A DNA stretch of 64,000 nucleotides, from the NCBI RefSeq assembly GCF_009914755.1, contig NC_060938.1; one strand, given 5' to 3'. How positions within the stretch are numbered: position 1 is the first letter of the stretch; every line of letters begins with the position of its first letter. A model generated the notes under the pieces. It did not search any database. It saw only the letters and a list, made by a program, of their open reading frames with translations, and was not told where the DNA came from. The stretch is from the human T2T-CHM13v2.0 reference genome, Homo sapiens. Position numbers and translations under genes: made by a program. This document shows, piece after piece, positions 39,250 to 52,322 of this stretch.

Positions 39250-39448
39250 TGGAAGTCACCTGACTTGAGGTCAGAGCTTGGCTTTGCCAGTAACCAGCTG
39301 TGTAACCTCGGGTAAGTTTATGATATGCCTCGAGCCTCAATTTCCGTCTCTGTGTCACTGAGACTGTTAGCGCCCACCTCATAAGGTCATGGTGCAGACA
39401 GCATGAGATAAGCTGAGTGGGAGCAGCAGCCCAGTGCCCAGTCCTGTT
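39250..39448 (+). mobile_element. MIR relic (host of the adjacent AluY)
   Basis: agctgtgtaacctcgggtaagtt...gagcctcaatttcc...acctcataagg MIR core. Confidence 0.7.
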
Positions 39449-39463
39449 AAGAACTAAGTGCTC

Positions 39464-39764
39464 GGCCAGGTGCGGTGGCTCACGCCTCTAATCCCAGCAC
39501 TTTGGGAGGCCGAGGCGGGCGGATCACGAGGTCAGGAGATCCAGACCATCCTGGCTAACACGGTGAAACCCCGTCTCTACTAAAAATATAAAAAATTAGC
39601 CGGGCATGGTGGCGGGCACGTGTAGTCCCAGCTACTTGGGAGGCTGAGGCAGGAGAATGGCGTGAACCCCGGGGGACGGAGCCTGCAGTGAGCCGAGATC
39701 GCGCCACTGCACTCCAGCCTGGGCAACAGCGAGACTTCATCTCAAAAAAAAAAAAAAAAAAAAG
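39464..39764 (+). mobile_element. Full-length AluY
   Basis: Y diagnostics gatcacgaggtcaggagat, gaccatcctggctaacacgg, gaatggcgtgaacc; CpG-rich; A-tail of about 20 nt; TSD aagaactaagtgctcg at 39449-39464 and 39765-39780. Confidence 0.97.
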
Positions 39765-39916
39765 AAGAACTAAGTGCTCGCTTGTTCCTTTCCTATCTTC
39801 AGAGCTTTGATTCTAATTAGAAGAGTATCTACTTTGAAGTTGGTCTGACAAAGTTCTAGTCTTTGGAAGAGAATGTGTTGTTCCTAATCTAAGCTTTCCT
39901 AATGAAATAGTAGGCA

Positions 39917-40044
39917 GGCCGGGCATGGTGGCTCAGGTCTGTAATCCCAGCACTCTGGGAGCCCAAGGCGGGTGGATCACCTGAGGATCAGGAGTTCGAG
40001 ACCAGGCTGGCCAACATGGTGAAACCTCATCTCTATTAAAAATA

Positions 40045-40078
<34 letters not shown>

Positions 40079-40269
40079 GGGCATGGTGGTGGGTGCCTGT
40101 AATCCCAGCTACTTGGGAGGCTGAGGCAGGAGAATTGCTTGAACCTGGGAGGCAGATGTTGCAGTAAGCCAAGACCATGTTATTGCGCTCCCACCTGGGT
40201 GACAGAGCAATACCCTGTTTCAACAAACAAACAAACAAACAAAAAAGAGAAAGAAAGAAAGAAAAAGAG
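39917..40269 (+). mobile_element. AluSx-like element with an A30 central linker and a (CAAA)n/(GAAA)n tail
   Basis: Alu dimer; A-run 40046-40075; TSD atagtaggca at 39907-39916 and 40270-40279. Confidence 0.95.
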
Positions 40270-43111
40270 ATAGTAGGCAAAGACAGAACTTCCTAGCACT
40301 GTATTTGTGCAAACTTCCTTACATTCTAAAGTAGAATGTACTTTAAAAGAGAGTACTTTAATGTACATTCTATCTTAGAATATACATTCTAAAGTACTCT
40401 CCCCATTATTACCTGTGTTAATGTGATATTATCTTTTGCATTTAATTTTAATTTTTTTAGCATTGTAAATACCATTTCAGATAAAAGATTTTCTGATTTT
40501 GACTCTTTGGGGAAACCAGCTAAGCCTTTCAGTACCTCAAATAGCTGATTATGAATAGACGGTATTGCCTTTTGTTTTACATTACTTTTTTTCTGATGAA
40601 ATTTTTTAGAAATATTCAGAATTGCCTTTTTCCTTTACTTGAATATGAGGAGAAGGCTTTGGGCTGATTTTGAAATAGAGACTGGTTGCCTTAAAAACTG
40701 CCACAGTGGAGGCCCTTTATGATCCTGGCGGTGCATGTGCAAGGACAGCGGGGCATTGTGCATTCGTGTAGGCTTTTCTTGTAAATTCTTGCTACTTTTT
40801 GGTAAAATTCACTACAAGTTGGTCAAATGACCACACTTTATTGTGTATTTGTCACAATTTCCACATAAAAAGTCATATTCAGATTGGAAATTAAGCAGTT
40901 TAACTTCAAACATAACCTTCCATAATTTGTTTTAAGAAGTCCTCATGTCGAAAAGATAGAATTACTTTAAATTAAAACCTATTTGCTAATAGCACTTTTT
41001 TATTTTTTAGAAATCATCCTTAGTAGTGAAGTGTGGGTTACAAGATGAAAACTATAGAGAATATACATTCACCCTAGTCTTTGCTCTCAGATTCATTATA
41101 GACCTGGAAAGACAAGCACCCCAAACCCAGGAGGGCAGTGTTTGCAGAATCCAGAGTGTTTAAAAAGTGAATTCTATTTTCACGGTATAGTTTAGCTAAC
41201 TAGACAACTTCTGTCATGGCAAAATTGTGATGAAGGCTAAGTTCAATCCATGCAGGGCAAGATGCATGAGCTACAATGTGTGAAAAATGACTGCAAGTGA
41301 TAGCTTTTTACTGAAGCAAATTCACAGTGATACAACTGCTTACCTTTTCACAGTGACACTTATTAGAACTTATGAGAATCATAACAGATAATCTCTTCCT
41401 AAAGGCAACATAACTTTGTATCAGCTGCAGGATTGTGTATGTTGCTGGCAAGGTCTGTAGTCTGTCTTGTTTAGTCTGGACACTGCCACGTTGGCTGTCA
41501 TAAAAACAATTTAAAATTCTTACCGGTATGTTAAACAGCCTCCAATTCTTTTCATGATTCATAATTTTGGATGTTCTAATCTTTAGCAGAGAGATTTAAA
41601 ATTGATTATGAAATGTATATTTTTATTCCAGTGTTCACTTGAAATACACAAGTTTTTCACTTCTTCTAATTCCCCATTCAGTATTTTGCATGGTTAAAGT
41701 ATGAGTGTAAAAATAGTAGATTTTTTAATGCTTTTGTATAGGCTCAGGAGAGTCTTTCTTGCTATATCTAGCTGGAAAGGTAATGAACTGTAAAATATGT
41801 TGAAATGATTGGAGATTAAAAATCTCTGGTGTGTAGTGACAGTGCAATTATATTCCACAGTAAAGGTTTCATGTATTAAGAGTAATAAATAAAACTTATT
41901 TTTCCCACTGTGATTGGTTGTCACCATCATAATGATAGCTTTGACCTTCTTCCTCTTCAAATGTCGTTAGTCTGTGACCAAGCAGTCAGGCTACAGCAAG
42001 ATGCTGTGAAAACCTAAGTTTGAAGTCAGATTTCAATAAAACAATTCTTACAAAACCACAGCCGTGAAAATCTGAGAGCACAGTAGATGACTTTTGGAAT
42101 TCTGCAAATTGTGTTGCTTTTTCAGTGTGGCATACATACTTTCTTCATGTTATTCTTTGACTCCTGTTTCAGGAGTTGGGTTATGTTTAGAATTGGGCTT
42201 AAAGTATTGACTGTATTTAAACATATACCATGGAAGTAAATTGACCCTACTAGCTTGCAGTCCCTCCAAGTCAGGCTCAAATTGCTGACTGACATGTCTG
42301 AGGAAATAAGTTAAATAAAAATTTAAATCTTTATAGAGACTGTTAAAATTTTCGAAGATTAGAACAGTACTCATTTTTATTGAGTAAGTAGGGCAGGGGA
42401 TTTAAGATTATGTAAACACTACTTATTCTTACTTTTTGCCTTTTTTCCAAAGCGAAGTCAATAGTCAAAATTATTTCAAAGAGTCAAACTGAAGAACATA
42501 GTATTCTTCAGTTGGTGCTCATCCACTTTACTCCATTTTAATTCCCGTCCCCCCCACCTTTTTTTTTTTTCTTTCCTAACAGTCTCATCTGAAATGTGGA
42601 TGTCATGGAATGCCTTCAGTGCAAGACTCCTGAATAGCACTGGGCCATATTTATTCATTAGAATTATGTGCCATTTTGTCTCCCTTTCCTGTTAAGCCTC
42701 ATTTGTCTGTCTAAAAGGTCAAAGGAGCAGCTGCCTCTGGGGCTGACCTCTATGCACCTCTATTGTTTTGCTCTTTCAAGGATACTAACTCTTTCCTTCT
42801 TCCTGGGGACCTGCAGGATTGTCTTTTCAAAGCATTTACTCTTTCTTAGGTCAGGGAGCAAGAAGGAGAACCGCTTACATGTTCCTGTAATCCCTGCCGC
42901 TTTACAGTTCAGTTTTGTCATCAATTGCCATCTGGATGAATTGATGCTGCGTTTTAATGATCTCACAGTTCACAAGTGAAATCAGCAAATAATGGATACA
43001 TTTGTACCACTATTTGAAAACCTTGCGTTTATGCTTTTTGAATGCTTACTACACTGGGTAACTGCATCAAACTCAGTCCCTCTATTGTAACGCGTTTGGA
43101 AGCAAATCTGT

Positions 43112-43114
<3 letters not shown>

Positions 43115-43148
<34 letters not shown>
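43115..43148. repeat. (AC)17 microsatellite
   Basis: Read directly. Confidence 0.97.
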
Positions 43149-43150
<2 letters not shown>

Positions 43151-45256
43151 CTACATACACATATAAAATTGTTACTGTTCGATCCCCACTTTTAATAAGA
43201 ATGGGAGTTTGGCAGAGCATTTGCTACAAACAAGTGGCCACTTACTCCAAATTTCTGTGAACCCAAATAATCAATAAGAAACTCCTTTACTTTACAGGAA
43301 CTTTGCAGTTACATCGGGGTAGGTAGATAATGAGAGTGAAGCATTGAAATGTGCCTAAATAACATGCTGTTACAAGCCTTATGATAGATTTGTGTTTGAC
43401 TTAACAGCTTTTGGAACCTAATAAAAAGAACTTAATTGACAATTTCTTGAAATTGCTAAGAAAACCTAGTGATGTTGGTAGGGTATAATAAGGAGTTTCT
43501 CATTGCTGTCTTCAAGACTGAGCCTACACATACAAAAAAAAAGAAGGAAAAAGAGGATTTATCTCTGTGGTAACTCTAAGTAATTGATATACAGACAAGG
43601 TTTGGTTCCAATTTGCCAGCAATAAAGTTGTAATAGGGTTTTCTCTGCAATTTTAGCCTTAATGTGCTCATTCCAAAGAGCGGTATTTTTCCAAGCGAAC
43701 AAATAACATCAGTAAAGCTTACGATCAGTAATAGCCCCACACTGATGCTCGCATTAAACTTGTTAAATCAATTCGCTAGACACTTTCTAAAGTGGACTGT
43801 CTGTTTACTTTGACTTGCACCCTATGTGGAGGATCCATCAGTTATATTTATTTGAATGATCTTTACATTCAAAATTGGTAATTATTCATGCTTGATTGTG
43901 GTTATGAATGATCCTCTTTTTTTCCTTCCTCTTTTGTTTTACGGTTGCTCATTTTTCAGCCTTTGGTGTTTGAAGTATAGGAATGTTTGAAGTATAGGAA
44001 TGAGACCAACTACTTGAGTAGGGTTATTTTTTCCTCTCCAAAAATTCATGTGCATACTTGGTTGCATAAATACCATGGATAATATCTTTTATAATAACCT
44101 ACCCTTATTCAGAAGGTCTTGTTACTCTTGAAACAACCAAACAAATGCACAAATAGATGTATTTATACTTCTCAAAAGGGGTATAAATTCTAACTGTATT
44201 ACCAAAGGTAAAATACAGTATATATTGGGCATGGAAAATGTTGGACCAGAAACAGATAGCTGGTGTTCTAGAAAGCATTTTTTGGAGGTAGGCAATCTAC
44301 TAACCCTGCTCATTTTTCATTGGAACAAGCTAAGCCTGCTACTGCATGCTGCCTTTTGTCAGTAAACACAAAGAGAAATCTGAAGCCATCAATCTCGCTT
44401 ATCAGTACTACTCAGTGTGATTCTTTTCCTAGCCGTTTTCCTTTTTCTTTTCTTATACAGAACTTCATTTTTCCCAGTGTCCTTTCACTTTGTCTGTGAA
44501 TGAGTTAAGGGGTCAGGTGGGTAAAACAAAATTAATGCTATGTATTTGCAGAATTGTGTATTGCTTAGGGTTGGGTGGGTGTACCTCCATATGCAGAAGT
44601 CAAATGTGGCTAAGAGGGCATTTTCTGAATAAACTGAGTTGCCTGGTGATGTCTGCACTGGGTATGATTATAGCCACTGTGTTGCTTTCTGTGGCTGGAG
44701 CCCAGTGAATGAAAAGGCAATTCCTCTGAAATCATTCCAACTTTTTATGTGTCGTTCATCTGCGTCCTTAATCCAACTGTTTACTTTTTATACTTACCTA
44801 TATTTAATATTTTTTCTTCTACTGGAAGTGAGGATAGCATACTTTTAAATCAGGTATGTTACATAACAAAAACATTATCTCAGAACAAATATGAAAAAAA
44901 TCTTTATAATTCAACAAATAGCCTTAAAAGGTATTAAATCACAAAAGCATTATGTCCTTGCTTCAATTTCATATTATTGTAATAATGTTTTATTTGATCA
45001 CATGGAATCACAGTTCTGTGAAGTAGTCTAGTACCATTATAGGGCTTTAGCTTGCATTCTAAATTGAAATTTTAAAATTTTCCTCTGCTTTCTCTTTTTT
45101 TTAGAGGGGACCTGGCCCAATTTATTTCAGACCTTGGTGTTGAAGCACGTTGCAATTCGTTGTCTACGTTTACTTCTTTATTCATGCCCCAGATTCATAA
45201 TTAAAGAGATAAGTTTATTACTTGTTGGGTATTAGAACCTTTCGTGGGTGTTTGCG

Positions 45257-45263
45257 TGTGTGT

Positions 45264-45300
<37 letters not shown>
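45257..45300. repeat. (TG)5 TC (TG)16 microsatellite
   Basis: Read directly. Confidence 0.97.
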
Positions 45301-45305
<5 letters not shown>

Positions 45306-45629
45306 AACCCATTATGTTAGGATCCACTTCTGTGTTTTTTTAAAAACTCATGACGAGCTATTGTGATTTATCTAGTGACTATGAGCAATTTGCTCATCCC
45401 TGTGAGGTATATGAAAACTTTCATGGAATCAGGTACAGCCCATAGGACTGCATTTCTAAGATACCCAATTTTATTTCCTGTGAGTCTGCAAGTTACTCAG
45501 ATATAGCTTTGGTTCATTATAGAATGATACTCAAATTAATTAGCTGAATGAAGACTCAACTCAGGGTAGATGTCTTCTCTAGGTTTGACTGGTTTGTGTC
45601 TATTCATATGTGTGTCTAAGAAGGCAACT

Positions 45630-45734
45630 AAGGTATTGAGTGACTACCCTGTGCTAGACAGTGTAGTAGGTATTCTTATATATGTTATCTTAATAATTTA
45701 ATATGCAAAATAACCCCATGATGTAGTGGTTATT
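45630..45734 (-). mobile_element. MIR relic, left part (continues at 46481-46620 beyond the L1)
   Basis: tattgagtgactaccctgtgctagaca...aataaccccatgatgtag on the left; gacaaggaaagtgaggcacagag...cacagctagtaa on the right. Confidence 0.7.
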
Positions 45735-45849
45735 CTTTTATTGGTTATTCTTGATTACATTGTCTTAAAGTTTATTAGAGTTGTGCAATCTTCACCTTAC
45801 TTTTCATTACTATTACATATGTTATTTGATTTCTGAAAATAGTTATCTA

Positions 45850-46479
45850 TTTTTTTTTTTAATTTCAGATTCAGGGGGTATATGTGCATGTTTGTTACAT
45901 GGGTATATTGCATACTGGTGGGGATTGGGCTTCTAGTGTACCCATCACCCAAATAGTGAAAATTGTACCCAATAGGTAATTGTGCAACTCTTGCCCCACT
46001 CCCACCCTCCCTTCTTTTGGAGTCCCCAGTCTGTATTATCTATCTTTATGTTTATATGTACCCATTGTTTGGCTCCTACTTATAAGTGAGAACATGCTGT
46101 ATTTGACTTTATATTTCTGAGTTAGTTCAAAACAGGATAATGGCCTCCAGCTCCATCCGTGTTGCTGCAAAGGGCATGATTTCATTCTTTTTTATGGCCA
46201 TGTAGTACCATATTTTCTTTATCCAGTCAACCACTGATGGACAGTTAGGTTCGTTCCATGACTTTGCTATTGGGAATAGTGCTGCGATGAACATAAGTGG
46301 AAATGTCTTTCTTATATAATGATGTATTATTCTTTTGGTAGATACCCAGTAGTGGAATTGCCGGGTCAAACGGTAGTTCTGTTTTCAGTTTTTTTGAGAA
46401 GTCTTCATGCTGTTTTCCATAGAGGCTGAACTAATTTACATTCTCAACAGTGTATAAATGTTCCCTTTTCTCCATGTCC
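45850..46479 (-). mobile_element. 5'-truncated older primate L1 (L1PA15-17/L1PB-like): 3' UTR plus ORF2 C-terminus
   Basis: Poly(T), gtgtacccatcacccaaatagtg, cttataagtgagaacatg; ORF 46127-46369 resembles the ORF2p C-terminus (MFIAALF..AK.W..P.CPS..DWIKK). Confidence 0.92.
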
Positions 46480-46929
46480 AATGATGTGGTTATTGTTTTC
46501 TTTTTTTAGAGACAAGGAAAGTGAGGCACAGAGTGATTAAACAACTTTTCTACTTAAACACAGCTAGTAACTGAAGGAACCAGAATTAAAACTCTCATCT
46601 AGTAGATTCCCAAGCTAGTGATTTTTATTTAGCACACGTCAGTTTTTAGGGAGTAAATTACTTTCCCATTATGAGAAGCAGCTCCTCACAACTGATTTCC
46701 CAATGGTAATCAAGCTTCCTGGGTTCCATTTCCTATGATTGCCCACTCTGCCAATTTTCACCCTGCTTATTACTACCTTATTTATTTTTGGTACTTTTCT
46801 CTCTTGGGCTCAAATTATCATTTTTCCTGGTTTTATGCCTTCCATGATGAGTCACCCATTATGTTCCTTAATGGACTTTATGTCCCCCATATGTCCTTAA
46901 ATATAAACATGTCCCTGGTTTCTGTTACT

Positions 46930-47815
46930 CTGGCATGCCTTGACTGGGTGATCTCATTCTGTTCTGTGGTTTTACCCACTACCTAATTATTCATGGCAGT
47001 TCTGTACCCCTACTTTAGATTTCTCTCTGGAGTTCTAAGTCTTGATGTTCAACTCTATTGTGCATTTTGCCTCGATCTGCCATAGGCTTCTCAAATTCAA
47101 AAGGTTGGATGCTGAACTCAGTATCATCTAAAACCCAGTTCTCCTCCCATGTTGGCTAGCTAAGTAGAAGAAATCACCATCCACCCAGCTACCCAAATAT
47201 GAACTGGGAAGTTAACCTCACATTCTACTTCTTATTCAAGTTGGCTAGATCAGCTCTTCTCCATCCTCATCCTCTCTGCTTTACTTAAACCTATCATTAT
47301 TTTCTCATCTGACTGATGTTGAAGACTGACTGGGGTCCTCGCATGCAGTCTCTCCTCTCTCCTACCCATCCTCAATTCCAATTTTCCATGTAGCAGCTTC
47401 CATAGTCCTCCGTGGCCTTTTATAACCTAGAATTTATCTGTTTTCCCAGCCCCATCTGTTAGGATTTCTGTCCTGTCTGTCCTAAACTTATATCTTACCT
47501 TCTGGCCTTAACACACTTCTCGAAGTTCAAAGAGAATGCTACCTTCTCTTACCTCTTTTGCACTCTATTGAGCAGGATGACTTGGGTTTCCAGTGTCCAC
47601 TCAGATACTCAGGTGAGGTCTCTTGAACTCCCCATCCTCATTCTTAAGACTTGGATTAGGGGGTCCTTCCTTTGTACTCTCCTATCAGCCTGTGTACATT
47701 TTTATTGCTTATTTACGTTTCACCTTCCTCAAGCCTTTTATCTCCTTATCCTCAAAGCCTACGGTAGTGCCTGGCACAGTAGGTGCTCATTAAGTTAATT
47801 ATGTATTGAAGAATG
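46930..47815 (+). mobile_element. L2 LINE relic
   Basis: tctcaaattcaa..ctgaactc, pyrimidine-rich body, terminal gtgcctggcacagtaggtgctca...gaatg. Confidence 0.75.
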
Positions 47816-50800
47816 GCTTAATGTTTCAGGAGAATCACTCTTTGAGGCAACCAGTTATAAAAGCCGTTTATAAAGTTATGTAATACAATAGCTATGAAAA
47901 ATACTAAAAGGCAGCTAAGCAAACATTGGGGAAAAAGCAAGGAAGGAGCAGACTACAGAATCAGTCACATTTTTCATTGGCCAAAATTCTAGAGGAATTA
48001 TCAAATATGAAATGACTCGTAACTTGGTTGAAGTTCTTAAATGTCAGAGGTATGTATGAGGAAAACTCTTAATCTTGGGTATAAGTCATAGGGAAAATCT
48101 ATGGAAATATATATTCATGGACTATGTCAGGAGATGCTATAATATTTCTGGAAACATTGGAGGAATTTGTAAAAAAAAAAACTAGTTGCAGACTGACCCA
48201 GTCTTACTTCTTTTCTCATTTCTGGAAAAGTATTAAGGATACGTTGGCCAGGAAAACTTGGAATTGGAAACAGGCCAAAAGCTTGTATGAATAGGAAGTA
48301 TGCTTTTCCTTGTTCTTGTTCAGTAATATGTTTCTTTCCAACCCTAGCATGTGATGGCTAACATAGCAGGTTTGGAAATAACCCTGTTTTGAAATTGCTT
48401 AAGGCTTGTCTTTACTTTGAAAGTAATTTGGATAGTATATGAACAGAATGTTTAGATAAATTAGTAATCAGAAGATACCCTGCCAGTGTTGTTCTTAGGT
48501 AATTCTTCTAAGCATGGTGAAACTTTGTAAACATGTCAGCATCTGTAAAACTATTCACTCTCATTTAATTTGCAACTCTTCTGCAAACTAATATATAGAG
48601 AAATGAATGCTCAATAGCTGTATTTTAGTACTAATTATAATAATTACGATATGAACCAGACCAACCCGGACTAGAGTATTTATAAATCCTGGACTATTTG
48701 AGCTGGAGAGACCCTGTGAAACCACTTAAAGTGTATTTTTTTTCCAAGGCTCAATTGCCAAGTGGGCTATTAGTTTCTTTCTTCTCCATGATTATAGTTT
48801 TTGTCCTTAACTTTGGCCAGCTCTCTCATCCAATGTTGGGTAGGGTGACTCAGCCTGGTCTCACCCTGTTATAGATAAACACCTTCAAATGCAGATTTCT
48901 GAAGATGGTATAGCCTTAGTCTTGGAAAACCAATTTCACAGTTAAGGTCTTTGTCTCATCCTTCCCCAGTGTCCTGTGTGATGTCTTTCACTAGATGCCA
49001 GCAATTAGATGGAATTTATTGAGGATTGATGGTCGACCGATTAACACACCAGGAGAGAGTCTCGTATCTATGGTTTACAAAGGTTCAGGTCAGTAAAGTG
49101 GGTTATTGTTAGTTGTAAAGAAAAAATGATGACCTCAAAGAGAGTTGCTCTTTAGGCTAAAAGGATAGCTAGAAATTATTTGTTTATGTAAATTCAAGTA
49201 TAGAGAGGAATAATTGTCTAAATTTAAAATTACTCATAAAAAAATTTCCTGTTTTGTTAGAATAAGAACCAATAGATTACCATGGTCACTTGTAGGTTTA
49301 TATTCTAAGTAACATATAGCATTTGTGTAAATATTCATAATTTAGGTAAAGCCTGACCACCAAAGTTGTAGTTTCGTGTAAGAGAACCGGTGTTAAAAGT
49401 CATAATAGTTTGTGTGTCACATTATACTTTATAATAGATTTCAATCCCTTAACAACAAAAACAATAAAACCTTATCCATTTTGACTATAGAAATTGATTT
49501 CATAAGTGATGCATTTAATCATAGAAAAAGTTTCTTTCTTTCTTTTGAGGGAGAGCATAAATAAATAATTTCCCTCATTTGGATTGGATTGTAATTATTT
49601 TGATTGATTTTGTTTCCATAAATTACAAATAGTAATAGGACCCAATTTAAATCTAAGAAATGGTGAATTACTAGTAATTTCACTAATTAGATTTTAAGAT
49701 CTACCCCAAGCATTATCAATTGCAGTTTGTTCTTAATTTTGTGATGAATTAGAATATAATCCAGGGAGACCCTTTCAAAACAGATTGATTTTGTTTTTGC
49801 TTTACACTGGCCGTTACAATGTTTCATTACAAAAACATAAACCTGGACATAAATATGCTAGAACTTCCTCCCCTTCAACCTGAATGTATATCTTAACTGT
49901 ATTTCCTTCTGTTGTAAACACAATATAATTTTAGACTTACATATTATTAATAGTTTATTACACAATAATTTTGGCTCTATTTTTTCCAGCATAATCTTAA
50001 TGTCAATATTGTTGACACACTCTGCATTGTTCTTTGAAAGAATAAATGAAATGTGAAGCAAAAAAGTATGGAAAGCTAGACCTGGATGGCTCTTAGCGGT
50101 CATTGAGACATCATCCCCATTTTACAGACAGGAGAGCAGACCCCTAGAAGGCAAGGTGACAAAGAGGTCTGGAAGCAGACTTGAGTTCATAAATAGATCC
50201 CTCTTCAGACTGAGTTTCAAACATTGGCTTGTGGCTTGGATCCACTTAGAGTTCCTTTCATATACTCCTGGTTAGCTGACTTTCTTTCCCACTGGGCGCC
50301 ACTCCCAGACATGATTGTTTTCCTGGTAGCCCCAATCCTATCTGTCCCAACCCTCCTTCTTCCTAACAGATGATCTTCTTCCTTCCATCGCCTCCCAGAA
50401 ACTGATGGTGCCAGGCATGAATGCCATTGGCTTCCTGCTTGCATGTCTGTGGGTATGTCTGTTTGCACCAACGCTTACCTCTTTTCCTCAGGCTTAGGGG
50501 AGTCTCAGCTGACCCTTTTCTCTTGGTGCCTTCACCATAATAACTCCAGGGTTCTCCAGGCCTTGGGCTTTATTCCTTTAATGAGTCCCTCTTTGGTAAT
50601 TTCCGTTCCCTTTCTCCCTGGACTTACCCTACCATAGCATTTAAAAAGCTCTTTAGTCCTTGAAACAGACCTAAAATATGGAGATGCTGGTGAAATACCT
50701 GTATTCAGTAAGTCTAAGGAGTTGAATTTATTCAATTTGACTAAAAGCTGTATCTACATACAAGTGTGCTGACGGGATTGCTTTTTGTTCAAATGAAGAA

Positions 50801-51322
50801 GAAAGTGTGCCATAGGAGTAGATCACTTTTGAAAATATTAAATAGTGTAAGGTACATTTAAGTTCCTCAAAACATCTTCTGTGCATTACCACTGAATGTG
50901 ACTCTTTTCCACAATTCACCATTAACAGGTCACTCCAGGGAAAGACAGTTTATGACAATAAAAGTTACTCTCATTTCCATACCCCCAAGAATAACTGTGC
51001 CTTTTTGTCTTTTAATGTGTGTTTTCCTATTATATTACAAAGGAGAAGTGCCACAATACTATTTCAAGGGTATATTTTATGCCAGTAATCATAAAGTAAT
51101 CATTTTAGATTATACTTGGCTTGATTTCACTTTTGGGTGGTATGATAGAAAGATTATATCTCAAGAGATTTAACCACATTTTATAGAACTTCCTAAATTC
51201 AGCAGAAATATGAGGCTTATTTTGGCTGACACTTCCGGAGAGTAGCACAGCAAAGTAATTGAGAACAATAAACTTAATATTTTATTTTTGCTGCTAAGGT
51301 ACTTATGAAATTAAGAAAGTTA

Positions 51323-51624
51323 GGCTAGGTGCAGTGGCTCACACCTTTGTAATCCCAGCACTTTGGCAGGCCGAGGTGGGCAAATCATTTGAGGTCAGGA
51401 GTTTGAGACCAGCCTGGGCAACACGTTAAACCTCCATATCTACTAAAAATATGAAAATTAGCCCAGTGTGTTGGCACACACCTGTAGTCCCAGCTACTTG
51501 GGAGGCTGAGATGGGAGAATCAGATTGCTTGAACCTGGGCGGTGGAGGTTGCATCAAACTGAGATCACACCACTGCACTCCAACCTGGGTGAAAGAAAGA
51601 GTGAGACACTGTCTATAAAAAAAA
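51323..51624 (+). mobile_element. Alu (old S/Jb-like)
   Basis: Full dimer, CpG-depleted; TSD-like aaagtta on both sides. Confidence 0.93.
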
Positions 51625-51970
51625 GTTAAAATGCCTGACTTGATAGTTTGCCAAGTTCTTTTAAGGGAGTAGTAGCAATTTAAAGTAGACGTAGTGTTAT
51701 GTTGTAGGATTAGCTTTGTCCTTTCCAAATGAGTAAAGCTAATGTAGGTGGGGCTATGGAAAGCTGAAGAAAAGAATTCTTTAGTGATTCATTAGAATTG
51801 TCCATACATTGATGTGAAATACATACAGCTAATTGCTTTGATGTTGTGAGTATTCATAGGACCTAATCTGATCACAAGGGCATGTTGACTTCATCTTATG
51901 ACATGCCTGAGTCCTTCATGGGTCATCCTCGTATTTCCTCTTTACCTCTCATTATAAATCTTCCAACTAA

Positions 51971-52322
<352 letters not shown>

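Noticed and set aside
39555-40368. Alu-derived ORFs (also 4559, 16018, 16163, 51426, 52034)
   Set aside because: Typical antisense-Alu translations, not genes.
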